Origin: Gemmatimonadota bacterium | Lineage (GTDB): Bacteria > Gemmatimonadota > Gemmatimonadetes > Palauibacterales > Palauibacteraceae | Length of the DNA: 64,000 nt | Assembly: GCA_963666735.1 (NCBI GenBank) | Contig: OY762926.1 | Span: 2,048,001 to 2,112,000, forward strand | Direction: 5' to 3' | In this document: piece after piece, positions 40,099-48,876 of the stretch | How the letters are laid out: every line of letters starts with the position of its first letter | Numbering within the stretch: the first letter of the stretch is position 1 | The notes under the pieces: model-generated | Databases searched by the model: none | Told to the model about the DNA's origin: nothing | Seen by the model: only the letters and a program-made list of their open reading frames with translations | Translations under genes and position numbers: made by a program

Positions 40099-40434
40099 GT
40101 GAAACACCTGAAGCCGATCAACCAGAAGGCCGGCCGCATCGAGGCGCAGGTCGCCCGCGAGGAGCTGGACGTCGTGGGGCTCGAGAGCCGGCCGCCGGAG
40201 GGGCCGCACATTCCGCTGGGATGCTCGCTCGTGTTCTCGCCCGGCTGGGAGGTGGATTCGACCGGCGGCACCGCCGGACTGTGCCAGCCGGTGGAACGGG
40301 ACCTGTTCGACTGCCACCTCGCCTGCTTCTGGCCGGCGCACGTGCCCGACCAGCTCAACCACTCGCCGGACTGGACGTCGAAGTGCGCGTCGGCGCAGAA
40401 GGACTGGCGGAAGCTGGACCTCGTCTTCCCGTGA
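40099..40434 (+). CDS. qhpC: Quinohemoprotein amine dehydrogenase gamma subunit precursor (CTQ peptide)
   Basis: Leader MKHLKPINQKA; GC....SPGWEVD, LCQP.E.DL..C...CFWPA.VPD, DWRKL. Confidence 0.93.
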   Translation: MKHLKPINQKAGRIEAQVAREELDVVGLESRPPEGPHIPLGCSLVFSPGWEVDSTGGTAGLCQPVERDLFDCHLACFWPAHVPDQLNHSPDWTSKCASAQKDWRKLDLVFP

Positions 40435-40451
40435 TCCGCACGGGGTTCGCC

Positions 40452-41570
40452 ATGACTCGGAGCCGCCCGGGACGGACACCGAAGGTTGCCGGCATCGCCG
40501 CCGCAGCCGCCATCGCCTGCGCCCTGAGCGGGGTTCGGACCCTGGAAGCGCAGGGGAACGGCCGGAACGCCCACTGGTACATGGGTAACTACAGCAATGA
40601 AGTTCTCGTCTGGGACGAGGCGACGGAGGAGGTCGTGGACCGGATCCCGGTCAAGCGTCCGATCTCCCTCCGGCTCGATGTCTCCGAGGATCGATCGCGG
40701 CTCTACGTGATGGATCCGTTCTTCGAGACGATCGAGATCATTGCGCTCCCCTCCAAGGAGTCCGTCGGAGAGTTCACGCTGAGCGAGGGCTCGACCCGGA
40801 CGTGGATCCGTTCCTTCCAGGTCCACCCGAGTCAGGAATGGATGGCGATGTTCGTGCAGAGCCGCACGAAGCTCGCGGACCGATACCGGATCGACGAGCC
40901 GACGATCCTGCGCTTCGACCTCGCGACGTACGAGGTGACCGACACGATCCCGTGGCCGGACGAGGAGACGCGCCGGTCCGCGAACTTCCGCTTCTCTCCC
41001 GGTGGGGACCTCCTGTACATGTTCACGGACGACCTCATCGCGCTCGACTCCGAGACGTTCGAGGAAGTGGACCGCTGGGATATCACGGAACCGCTGGAGC
41101 CGGGACTGGGCGAGATGAGGCTTCCCTTCGGCCAGAGTCCGTACCAGGAGGAGGATGGCGTGTACACGGGCCTCTTCCGCATGACGGACCCGCTCCAGAA
41201 CCGCCGTCTCATGGGCATCGCGACCGTGGATCTTGCGGGGCAGGACGTGGAGTTCCATCCCATCGGCCCCTCCGAGGGGGTGTCGTTCGTGCTCTCTCCG
41301 GACGGGACGAAGGGATACGGGCTCAAGTCCGAGATCGGACACTACGAGATGTGGAAGTTCGATCTTCTGGACCGGCGGGTCGCCGGGCGCATCGCTTTCG
41401 CGGGGCGGCCGCGGATGGCGCTGATGCCGAGCGCCGACGGCACGAAGCTCTACATCTACAATGCCGGCAGCACGATCGACATCTACGACGAGGAGACGTT
41501 CGAGTTCCTGCGGACGGTCACGCTGGACGCGGACATGACGAGCGTCGTCGTGGTGCCCGATCCCGGTTGA
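40452..41570 (+). CDS. qhpB: Quinohemoprotein amine dehydrogenase beta subunit-like beta-propeller
   Basis: Signal peptide, YVTN/WD-like blades, S.DGTKLYI....IDIYD.ET.E.L..V.L..DM C-terminus; position after qhpC; start could be GTG 40431. Confidence 0.75.
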   Translation: MTRSRPGRTPKVAGIAAAAAIACALSGVRTLEAQGNGRNAHWYMGNYSNEVLVWDEATEEVVDRIPVKRPISLRLDVSEDRSRLYVMDPFFETIEIIALPSKESVGEFTLSEGSTRTWIRSFQVHPSQEWMAMFVQSRTKLADRYRIDEPTILRFDLATYEVTDTIPWPDEETRRSANFRFSPGGDLLYMFTDDLIALDSETFEEVDRWDITEPLEPGLGEMRLPFGQSPYQEEDGVYTGLFRMTDPLQNRRLMGIATVDLAGQDVEFHPIGPSEGVSFVLSPDGTKGYGLKSEIGHYEMWKFDLLDRRVAGRIAFAGRPRMALMPSADGTKLYIYNAGSTIDIYDEETFEFLRTVTLDADMTSVVVVPDPG

Positions 41571-41611
41571 TCCCGCCGGGCGCGACGTGCTCCTGATGCC
41601 ATGAGGTCCGG

Positions 41612-43330
41612 GTGATCCGGGACCCGCACCTTCGCCGAGCCCTCGCCTACGTTCGACCGTACGCGGGGGCCTTGCTTCCCGTGGTCCTCCTCTCCACGGC
41701 CGGGACCGCGCTTGGACTCGCGCTCCCCTACCTGTCGAAGGCGATGATCGACGACGCGATCCTGGGAGGGGACTTCCCTCTCCTGCTCAGGATCGTCGGC
41801 CTGTTCATCGGGATCACGATCCTCGGCTTCGGGGCCAACGTCGCGAGCGGGATGCGGTACACGCGGGTGTCGGCCGGCATCCTCTTCGACATGCGGCTCG
41901 CGCTCTACCGGCACCTCCAGAAACTCTCGCCGCGCTTCTACGCGCGGACGCCGATGGGGGACATCGTCTCGCGCATCAACAACGACATCGGCGAGATCCA
42001 GCGGGTGACGGCGGACGCGGCGCTCGGCCTGTTCGGGAACGTGCTCTTCCTCGTCGGGACGGTCGGGATGCTGATCTATCTCGACGCGCGGCTCTTTCTC
42101 GCGGGGCTGGTCGCGCTGCCGCCGAGCCTGTGGGCGCTGGTGCGATACCGGAACAGGCTCGAGGGGCGCGTGATGCAACTGCGGGAGCGGAGCGCGGACA
42201 TCGGGAGCTTCCTCATCGAGACGCTGCAGGGGGTGCGCACGGTGGTGGCGTCCAATGCCCAGGAGCGGGAGGCGGAGCGGTTCGGGCGCCACAACGACCG
42301 CTTCGTGCGGGCCCTCATGTCGATGCGCTGGTTCACGTACCTGGCGGGAGGCCTGCCGGGGGTGCTGCTGCAGACGGGGACGGCCGCCGTCTTCCTGTAC
42401 GGGGGTTACCGCGTGATCACGGAGGCGACGACGCTGGGGACGTTTGTCGCGTTCATGGCGTACCAGATGCGGCTCCTCTTCCCGGTGCAGGCGCTGATGG
42501 GGCTGTACGCGAACCTCGCGAGCGCGCGGGCGTCGCTCGTGCGCGTGCACGAGTTGTGGGACACCCCGCTCGATGTGGAGGAGGCGGAGGGGGCGGAGCG
42601 ACTGGAGCGGGCCGTGGGGGCGCTGGTTCTCGAGGACGTGCGGCTGGGCTTCGGGCGGGGAGGCGAGGTGTTGGAGGGCGTGTCGCTGGAGGTGCCCGCC
42701 GGGCAGATGGTCGCGCTCGTGGGCGCGAGCGGGAGCGGGAAGTCGACGATCGCCGATCTGCTCTCGCGCCAACTCGACCCGGATGGCGGGAGGGTGCTGC
42801 TCGATGGGCGGGACGTGCGGGCGCTCGCCCTGGGGGACGTGCGCCGAAACGTGGCCGTGGTCGAGCAGGATCCGTTCATCTTCCACGCGTCGATCGCGGA
42901 GAACGTGCGGTACGCGAAGCCCGGCGCGACGGATCCGGAGGTCGCCGGGGCGCTCGCGGCCGCCGCGCTCGACGGGCTGCTCGCGTCGCTGCCGGAGGGG
43001 GCCGAGACGGTCGTCGGGGAGCGGGGCCGGCAGCTCTCCGCCGGCGAGCGGCAGCGGGTGGCGGTGGCGCGGGCCTTCTTGGCCGATCCGGCCGTGCTCG
43101 TGTTCGACGAGGCGACCGGGGCGCTGGACCCGGCCTCGGAGGCGCAGGTGCTGGAGGGCTACGCGGCGCTGATGCGGGGACGGACGACGGTGCTCATCAC
43201 GCATCGGCCCGAGTTGGCGCGGCGGGCGGAGCGGGCGGTCGTGCTCCGCGACGGGCGGGTCGTGCAGGACGGCCGGCCGGCGGATCTCGACAGCCGGCCG
43301 GGTGCGTACCGCGCCCTGTTCGCCGGGTGA
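41612..43330 (+). CDS. qhpF: ABC exporter (fused TM + NBD), probable QhpF
   Basis: TM domain, GASGSGKST, LSAGERQR, VFDEAT; operon context. Confidence 0.82.
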   Translation: MIRDPHLRRALAYVRPYAGALLPVVLLSTAGTALGLALPYLSKAMIDDAILGGDFPLLLRIVGLFIGITILGFGANVASGMRYTRVSAGILFDMRLALYRHLQKLSPRFYARTPMGDIVSRINNDIGEIQRVTADAALGLFGNVLFLVGTVGMLIYLDARLFLAGLVALPPSLWALVRYRNRLEGRVMQLRERSADIGSFLIETLQGVRTVVASNAQEREAERFGRHNDRFVRALMSMRWFTYLAGGLPGVLLQTGTAAVFLYGGYRVITEATTLGTFVAFMAYQMRLLFPVQALMGLYANLASARASLVRVHELWDTPLDVEEAEGAERLERAVGALVLEDVRLGFGRGGEVLEGVSLEVPAGQMVALVGASGSGKSTIADLLSRQLDPDGGRVLLDGRDVRALALGDVRRNVAVVEQDPFIFHASIAENVRYAKPGATDPEVAGALAAAALDGLLASLPEGAETVVGERGRQLSAGERQRVAVARAFLADPAVLVFDEATGALDPASEAQVLEGYAALMRGRTTVLITHRPELARRAERAVVLRDGRVVQDGRPADLDSRPGAYRALFAG

Positions 43331-44082
43331 CGGCGCCGTCGATGGCACGCTCGACGGCACCCTCGATCGTGCGGATGCGCGCGGAGGCCCTCCGGGGCCG
43401 AACCGGCCGCGGGGTCGCGGTCGCGGTCATCGACAGCGGGGCGCACCCGAACCACCCGCACCTGGGGCCGCTCGTGGGCGGGATCGCGCTCATGCCCGAC
43501 GGGAGCGAACACGACGACCTGACCGACCGGCTCGGGCACGGGACCGCCGTCACCGCGGCCATCCAGGAGAAGGCGCCGGGCGCGCGAATCCACATCGCCC
43601 GCGTCTTTCACGACGAACTCGCGACGAGCGCCCGTGCGCTGGCGAAGGCGATCGACTGGGCCGGGGAGCGCGGTTGCCGCGTGGCGAATCTGAGTCTCGG
43701 GACGCCGCGGCAGAGCCGCATCGAGCAGTTGCAGCCCGCGGTCGAACGCGCCGCGCGGGCCGGAACGCTCGTCATCGCGGCCCATTCGCACGAAGGACAG
43801 CTTCAGCTGCCGGGCAGCCTCCCCGGAGCACTCGGCGTGTGCCTCGACTGGGACCTGCCGCGACACCGTATCCGCATCGGACGGCGCGGCGGACGGCGCG
43901 TCCTGTATGCGTCCGGTTATCCGCGCCCCATCCCCGGCGTCCCGCCGACGCGCAACCTCAACGGCATCAGCTTCGCCGTGGCGAACGCGACCGGCATCGT
44001 CGCCCTCGCGCTCGAACTCTTCCCGGAAGCGCGCGGCCGGGCCGACGTCCTTGCGGCGCTGGCCGCGCTCTCACGTTCCTGA
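43327..44082 (+). CDS. qhpE: Subtilisin-like S8 leader peptidase, probable QhpE
   Basis: VAVIDSG, GHGTAV, NLSLG, GISFA catalytic motifs; no signal peptide; start uncertain. Confidence 0.8.
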   Translation: MTAPSMARSTAPSIVRMRAEALRGRTGRGVAVAVIDSGAHPNHPHLGPLVGGIALMPDGSEHDDLTDRLGHGTAVTAAIQEKAPGARIHIARVFHDELATSARALAKAIDWAGERGCRVANLSLGTPRQSRIEQLQPAVERAARAGTLVIAAHSHEGQLQLPGSLPGALGVCLDWDLPRHRIRIGRRGGRRVLYASGYPRPIPGVPPTRNLNGISFAVANATGIVALALELFPEARGRADVLAALAALSRS

Positions 44083-44144
44083 GGGGATGTCGCGCGGCAC
44101 CCGCGGGCGGCGGGGAGCCAAGCGCCAGGTTGACGGGGATCCCA

Positions 44145-45311
44145 CTAAAGCGGCTCGATCACAGTCGATATATCTCCGCCACCGACGGCCCGGATCCCGT
44201 CGGCCAGCGGGAAGGTCTCGTTCGCGACATGCACGACATCCAGACCGTCAAGCTCGAGGTGCCGCATCGCCGAGTGCATGGAAGCCGTGGCTCGAGGCGC
44301 ATCGGTGCGCTTGAACTCGTAGCCCCGCCGCTGCCGGCCGCGAACCACGAGAAGGTCCAGTTCCGGACCGCCGTGCACGGCCCAGAAATAGCATTCGTCC
44401 GGACGGGCACGCAGGCGGCGCACGACCTGTTCCAGGGCGAATCCTTCCCAACTCGCACCGACCTTTGGATGTGCCGCCAGGTCGCGCGCGGTCGGGATGT
44501 CGAGCAGCGCGTGCAGCAGGCCGCTGTCCGCTATATAGACCTTGGGCGATTTGACGATGCGCTTGCCGAGGTTCTCCCGCCACGGCCGCAACTGGCGCAT
44601 CACGTACGCACCGGTCATGCGGTCGAGGTGGCGCCGGACGGTGGTGTGTGCGATGCCGAATGCGCGCCCCAGTTCCGATCCGTTCCAGACCTGCCCGTGA
44701 TAGTGCGCGAGCATGGTCCAGAAGTCGTGCAGGAGCCGTGGCGGCATGGCGATGCCCAGACCCGGCAGATCGCGCTCCACGAACGTCCGGATGAAATCGC
44801 GCCGCCACTCCATGCTGACCGCGTTGCCTCGCGCCAGCCATGCTCTGGGGAAGCCGCCCCTCAGCCACAGTCCGCGCCACCGCTCCGGTCCAACCTCGGT
44901 CAGGTCGAAGCCCCCAAGTTCATGAAACGATATCCTGCCCGCGAGCGACTCCGACCCCTGGCGGAGCAACTCGGGCGATGCGCTGCCCAGGACGAGAAAG
45001 CGCGCGGGTCTCGGCCTGCGGTCCGCGAGCACCCGAAGCACGGGGAACAGGTCCGGCCTGCGCTGGATCTCATCGATGATCACCAGGCCGCGGAGCGGCT
45101 CCAAGGCGAGGGTCGGTTCATCGAGTCTGGCGAGGTCGCGCGGATCTTCCAGATCAAAGCTCGTGACGGAACGGCTCCGCTCGGCGAGGGTGCTGGCCAG
45201 CATTCCGGCGAGGGTCGTCTTGCCGACCTGCCGGGCGCCGAGCAAGGCGACCACCGGGTTGGCATCCAGCTTCCGGATGAGCTCGGAGAGATGCGCGGAT
45301 CGATTTACCAT
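44145..45311 (-). CDS. AAA_14 ATPase with wHTH and DUF4143 / PD-(D/E)xK-like C-terminus
   Basis: GARQVGKTT, IIDEIQR, LGSAS, ESLAGR, RGGFP, KSPKVYIADSGL, ELDLLV..GYEFK. Confidence 0.88.
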   Translation of the reverse strand: MVNRSAHLSELIRKLDANPVVALLGARQVGKTTLAGMLASTLAERSRSVTSFDLEDPRDLARLDEPTLALEPLRGLVIIDEIQRRPDLFPVLRVLADRRPRPARFLVLGSASPELLRQGSESLAGRISFHELGGFDLTEVGPERWRGLWLRGGFPRAWLARGNAVSMEWRRDFIRTFVERDLPGLGIAMPPRLLHDFWTMLAHYHGQVWNGSELGRAFGIAHTTVRRHLDRMTGAYVMRQLRPWRENLGKRIVKSPKVYIADSGLLHALLDIPTARDLAAHPKVGASWEGFALEQVVRRLRARPDECYFWAVHGGPELDLLVVRGRQRRGYEFKRTDAPRATASMHSAMRHLELDGLDVVHVANETFPLADGIRAVGGGDISTVIEPL

Positions 45312-45314
45312 TTG

Positions 45315-45346
45315 TGAAATATGAACATTCAATGCTCATATTTCAA
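45315..45346 (-). promoter_or_regulatory. Sigma70-type promoter (leaderless) overlapped by a 31-bp palindrome
   Basis: Minus strand TTGAAA-17-CATATT-6-ATG; palindrome TGAAATATGAaCATT-C-AATGcTCATATTTCA (14/15 pairs). Confidence 0.7.
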
Positions 45347-45372
45347 GACATCGAACTCCCGCTACGACCCCT

Positions 45373-45801
45373 CTACCCGCGTGGCGGGCGCTCGAAGTCG
45401 ACGATGTTCTCCCACTCCTGCGCGTCCGAGCGCGCGACCACCGCCACGACCGGTTCCGTGTCGCTGAGGTTGAACACTTCGTGCGGCACGCCCGGTTCGA
45501 TGAAGATGAAATCGCCCGCCTCGTTGTCGAGCGTTTTCTCGAGTCGAGGACCGAACTCATGCCGGACGCGTCCCTCGATGATGTAGAGCATCACCTCGAA
45601 ATCCACATGAATGTGAGCCTTGGCGACGCCGCCCGGCGGGATCATCGCCACGTTCATGGACAGCGCGCCCGAACCGACGTTCTCCGCCCACATCCCGGTC
45701 TTGTATTCGATCCCGTTCCAAGCCCGGTGCCGACCGCCGCCGCGCACCGTGATAATCCCTTCGTGGCGCTCGACGCGCCCCGGTGTTTGCTTGTGGGCCA
45801 T
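45373..45801 (-). CDS. Cupin domain protein
   Basis: IPPGG.AKAHIH..FE..LYIIEG and AGDFIFIEPGVPHEVFN cupin motifs. Confidence 0.88.
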   Translation of the reverse strand: MAHKQTPGRVERHEGIITVRGGGRHRAWNGIEYKTGMWAENVGSGALSMNVAMIPPGGVAKAHIHVDFEVMLYIIEGRVRHEFGPRLEKTLDNEAGDFIFIEPGVPHEVFNLSDTEPVVAVVARSDAQEWENIVDFERPPRG

Positions 45802-45814
45802 CCCGGCCTCCGGG

Positions 45815-46012
45815 CTAACCGCGTCCACGTCCCCGAAGCGTTTGGTCGGAATTCGTGATCGTCGCGCCACCCAGTGCGGGCTTCAGTCGGTATCCACCTA
45901 CCTTGATGCCCACATCGGCGAGCCGCTTGGCCGCCTCCTGGCTGCGTTCCACGGCGGCCCTGTCGATCTTCGGATTCTTCTCGACAATCTCGGCTACCCG
46001 GTCCTTCTCCAT
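45815..46012 (-). CDS. Small hypothetical protein
   Basis: ATG after GGAGG, protein-like composition, co-directional with neighbours. Confidence 0.5.
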   Translation of the reverse strand: MEKDRVAEIVEKNPKIDRAAVERSQEAAKRLADVGIKVGGYRLKPALGGATITNSDQTLRGRGRG

Positions 46013-46157
46013 CGTTGGCCTCCGCTAGACGAAGCAGGGATTGTGGACAAACGACACGAGACCGTTTCGAGCCATGTGGTCCCGGATGTTGCGGTGAGAT
46101 TTCTATCGTCCCTCCACCCGGGAACCTATCCGATCCTCACTGAAGCTGCATCGACGG

Positions 46158-47501
46158 TCAGTTGCCGAAGCTGGCGGCGATTTCGGCCAGCCCCTGCTGG
46201 ATCTCCTCCTCGGACTTCCACACGCCGCGCACCATGACGCCCGCTCGGTCCGCGACGTTCGCCACATCGTCGAGCGGGTTGGCGTTCGTCAGGATGAGGT
46301 CCGCCCGGCGGCCCGCAGCCACCGTCCCGAAGGTGTCGTAGCCCTGGAAGTACTCCCCGACGTTGCGGGTGCCGCTGACGAGGATCTCGTACGGCGACAT
46401 CCCGGCCTCGGCCATCGCGGCGAGCTCGCGGTGCAGCGAGAAGCCGGGGACGCTGAACATCTGCGGCGAATCGGTGCCCATGAGGATGCCGACGCCGGCC
46501 TCGTTCATCATGCCGAGGAGACGCGTCCGGTTGCTCGCGTGCCGCCGCGCCTGCTCCACGTCCCATGCGTCGCGCGCCTGGACCGCCTGGAGGCGGTTCT
46601 TCCAGCCCTCGACGCCCTGCGGGGGCCAGTAGCGCATCTCCGGGTAGGCCGCGAGCGCCTCCGGGTCGCCGAGGCCGATCACGCCCACTTCCCAGAGGAC
46701 CATCGTCGGGACGACCCAGGCCCGGGCGCCGATCGTCAGCGCGAACAGCTCCTCCAGCCTCGCCGAGTCCATGGGGCCGCGGATGCCTCCCGCCTCCTCC
46801 ATGTAGCCGTCGAGGTGGTCGAAGGTCTCCTGTCCCATCAGGATCGCATGCCGGATCCCGACATCGGCCGGGACATGGCCTCCGAAGCGAATGCCGGCCT
46901 GCGCGGCGGCGGCGGCGAGCGCGTCGTATTCGGCCACCGTGAGTCCTGGATGGATCTTCAGGTGATCCCACCCTTCCCGCTCCTGCGTCCACACGCGATC
47001 CGCCGCCTGAGACGGCGAAGTCACCGAGTTGCCGTTGAAGCTCGGGCCCGCGAGGTAGAGCGTCGGCCCCCAGACTTCGCCCGTGTTCGTCTTCGCCTTC
47101 AACTCAAGGTCGCCGGGCAGTCCGAGCATCCCGCGCACCGTTGTCACGCCATTCGCGGCGTAGAGGAACATCACCTGCTCCCGGAAGGTGTCGCTCGCGT
47201 TGCCGCCGGGGGTGTGCCCGTGCATCTCCGACAGCCCCGGCATCAGGTACTTCCCGGCGCCGTCGATGCGGAGAGCGCCGTCCGGCACGTGGATGCCGGC
47301 GGCCGGCCCGACCGCGACGATCCTGTCTCCGCGCACGAGGACCGTTTGTCCGGTGAGGACCCGCTCGGCATCCATCGGGATCACGTTCACGTCGACGAAG
47401 GCGGTAGCGCCGGCCTGCGATGCCTGCTCGCAGGCGGCGGTGGCGGGAGCCGCGGCGCACGCGGCGAGGGCGAACCCCAGGGACAGCCTGACGGGTCTCA
47501 T
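46158..47501 (-). CDS. Amidohydrolase family (metal-dependent) exported protein
   Basis: GAGGAGG SD; MPGLSEMHGH, GVTTVR, HLKIH, GHVP, DHLDG, MGTDSP, ADLIL..NPL. Confidence 0.88.
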   Translation of the reverse strand: MRPVRLSLGFALAACAAAPATAACEQASQAGATAFVDVNVIPMDAERVLTGQTVLVRGDRIVAVGPAAGIHVPDGALRIDGAGKYLMPGLSEMHGHTPGGNASDTFREQVMFLYAANGVTTVRGMLGLPGDLELKAKTNTGEVWGPTLYLAGPSFNGNSVTSPSQAADRVWTQEREGWDHLKIHPGLTVAEYDALAAAAAQAGIRFGGHVPADVGIRHAILMGQETFDHLDGYMEEAGGIRGPMDSARLEELFALTIGARAWVVPTMVLWEVGVIGLGDPEALAAYPEMRYWPPQGVEGWKNRLQAVQARDAWDVEQARRHASNRTRLLGMMNEAGVGILMGTDSPQMFSVPGFSLHRELAAMAEAGMSPYEILVSGTRNVGEYFQGYDTFGTVAAGRRADLILTNANPLDDVANVADRAGVMVRGVWKSEEEIQQGLAEIAASFGN

Positions 47502-47550
47502 GTGACCTCCTCGAACATGGTGTCGTCCGTGACCGTGACGACCTTGACCA

Positions 47551-47565
47551 TGATAACGATTATCG
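47551..47565. promoter_or_regulatory. Fur-box-like operator between divergent genes
   Basis: TGATAAC-G-ATTATCG versus 7-1-7 consensus TGATAAT-N-ATTATCA (12/14); AT-rich in a GC-rich genome; TTGACA adjacent at 47569-47574. Confidence 0.6.
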
Positions 47566-47673
47566 ATATTGACAGGGTGCGTCCGGCGTGTCGAACACGA
47601 TCGCAGATGATGATATGGCAGATTACGGCATCGTCCGCCCGATGGGACCCCCTCACCGCGAGGAACGACGGAT

Positions 47674-48876
47674 TTGAGCGCACCCGACCACAAGCTGTCC
47701 GGCCTCCGCGCCCGCGTTGCCGCGGCGGGTTTGATGGTGCTGGCTTCGCTTTCAACCCCCCAAGCGGCCCGGGCCGCGCAGGCCGCGCAGGGGGCGCCGG
47801 ATGGGATGGCGCTCTACGAGGCCGGGTGCGCGAGTTGCCACGGGTCGGACGGCCGGGGCGCGCCGCCCGAGCGGATCGCGTTCGACGACCCGTTGCCCGA
47901 CCTGACGGACTGCAGCTTCGCCTCGCGCGAGCCGGACGCGGACTGGATCATCGTCTCCAAGGCCGGCGGGCCGGTCCGGGGCTTCAGCGACGTGATGCCG
48001 GCGTTCGCCGAGGCGTTCGACGACGACCAGCTGCAGGCCGTCATGGACCACATCCGGACCTTCTGCGCGGATCGCGCCTGGCCGCGCGGAGAACTCAACC
48101 TTCCCCGGCCTCTGTTTACGGAGAAGGCGTATCCGGAAGATGAATGGGTGTGGACGACGGGAGTGAACGCCGAAGGCCCCGGCGCCGTCATCAACGAACT
48201 CCTGTACGAGAAGCGCTTCGGCTCGCGGAACCAGATCGAGGTCGCGCTTCCCTTCGGCTTCTCGGAGACCTCCGCGACCCCGGCTTCGCGCGACGCGGGG
48301 CCGGCGTCGGATTGGGGCGTCGGACTCGGCGACATCGAGATCGGCTACAAGCGCGCGCTGCTGCACAACCTGCGGACGATCTTCAGCTTCGGCACCGAGC
48401 TCAAGCTCCCGACCGGCGACGAGGAGCGCGGCCTCGGCGATGGCGACTTCAAGGTTGAACCGTTCCTCGCGCTGGGACACATCCTGCCGGGCGATGCCTT
48501 CCTCCACCTTCAGGGTGGCGTTGAAATCCGTCCGTCCCGAGACGATGTGGGGATCCCGACGGTCGGCGAGGAGCGTGAACCCGGCGCTGAGTCTTTTTGG
48601 CGCGCGGTCCTCGGCCGCACGTTTACGAGCGGTGAATTCGGGCGGTCGTGGTCCCCCATGATCGAACTGCTCGGGCATCGTGGATTGGGGGACGGTCCGT
48701 TCGCCGCCCAATGGGACATCGTGCCTCAGATGCAGGTCACGCTGAACACGCGGCAACACGTGATGCTCAACGTCGGGGTGCGGCTGCCGCTGACCGATGC
48801 GGACGCGAGGAGCACGCAATTCCTGGTCTACTTCCTGTGGGACTGGTTCGATGGAGGTCTGTTCGATGGCTGGTAG
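47674..48876 (+). CDS. Monoheme cytochrome c fused to a putative outer-membrane beta-barrel
   Basis: Signal peptide, LYEAGCASCHG.DG.G, distal VMPAF Met; C-terminal amphipathic strands (GLGDIEIGYK, ELKLPTGD, LNVGVRLPL, YFLWDW). Confidence 0.78.
   Translation: MSAPDHKLSGLRARVAAAGLMVLASLSTPQAARAAQAAQGAPDGMALYEAGCASCHGSDGRGAPPERIAFDDPLPDLTDCSFASREPDADWIIVSKAGGPVRGFSDVMPAFAEAFDDDQLQAVMDHIRTFCADRAWPRGELNLPRPLFTEKAYPEDEWVWTTGVNAEGPGAVINELLYEKRFGSRNQIEVALPFGFSETSATPASRDAGPASDWGVGLGDIEIGYKRALLHNLRTIFSFGTELKLPTGDEERGLGDGDFKVEPFLALGHILPGDAFLHLQGGVEIRPSRDDVGIPTVGEEREPGAESFWRAVLGRTFTSGEFGRSWSPMIELLGHRGLGDGPFAAQWDIVPQMQVTLNTRQHVMLNVGVRLPLTDADARSTQFLVYFLWDWFDGGLFDGW

Noticed and set aside
47502..47693. His-rich N-terminal extension of the amidohydrolase (HGQGRHGHGRHH)
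   Set aside because: A strong GAGGAGG precedes ATG 47501 and a signal peptide follows it; the extension crosses the promoter/Fur box and overlaps the divergent gene.
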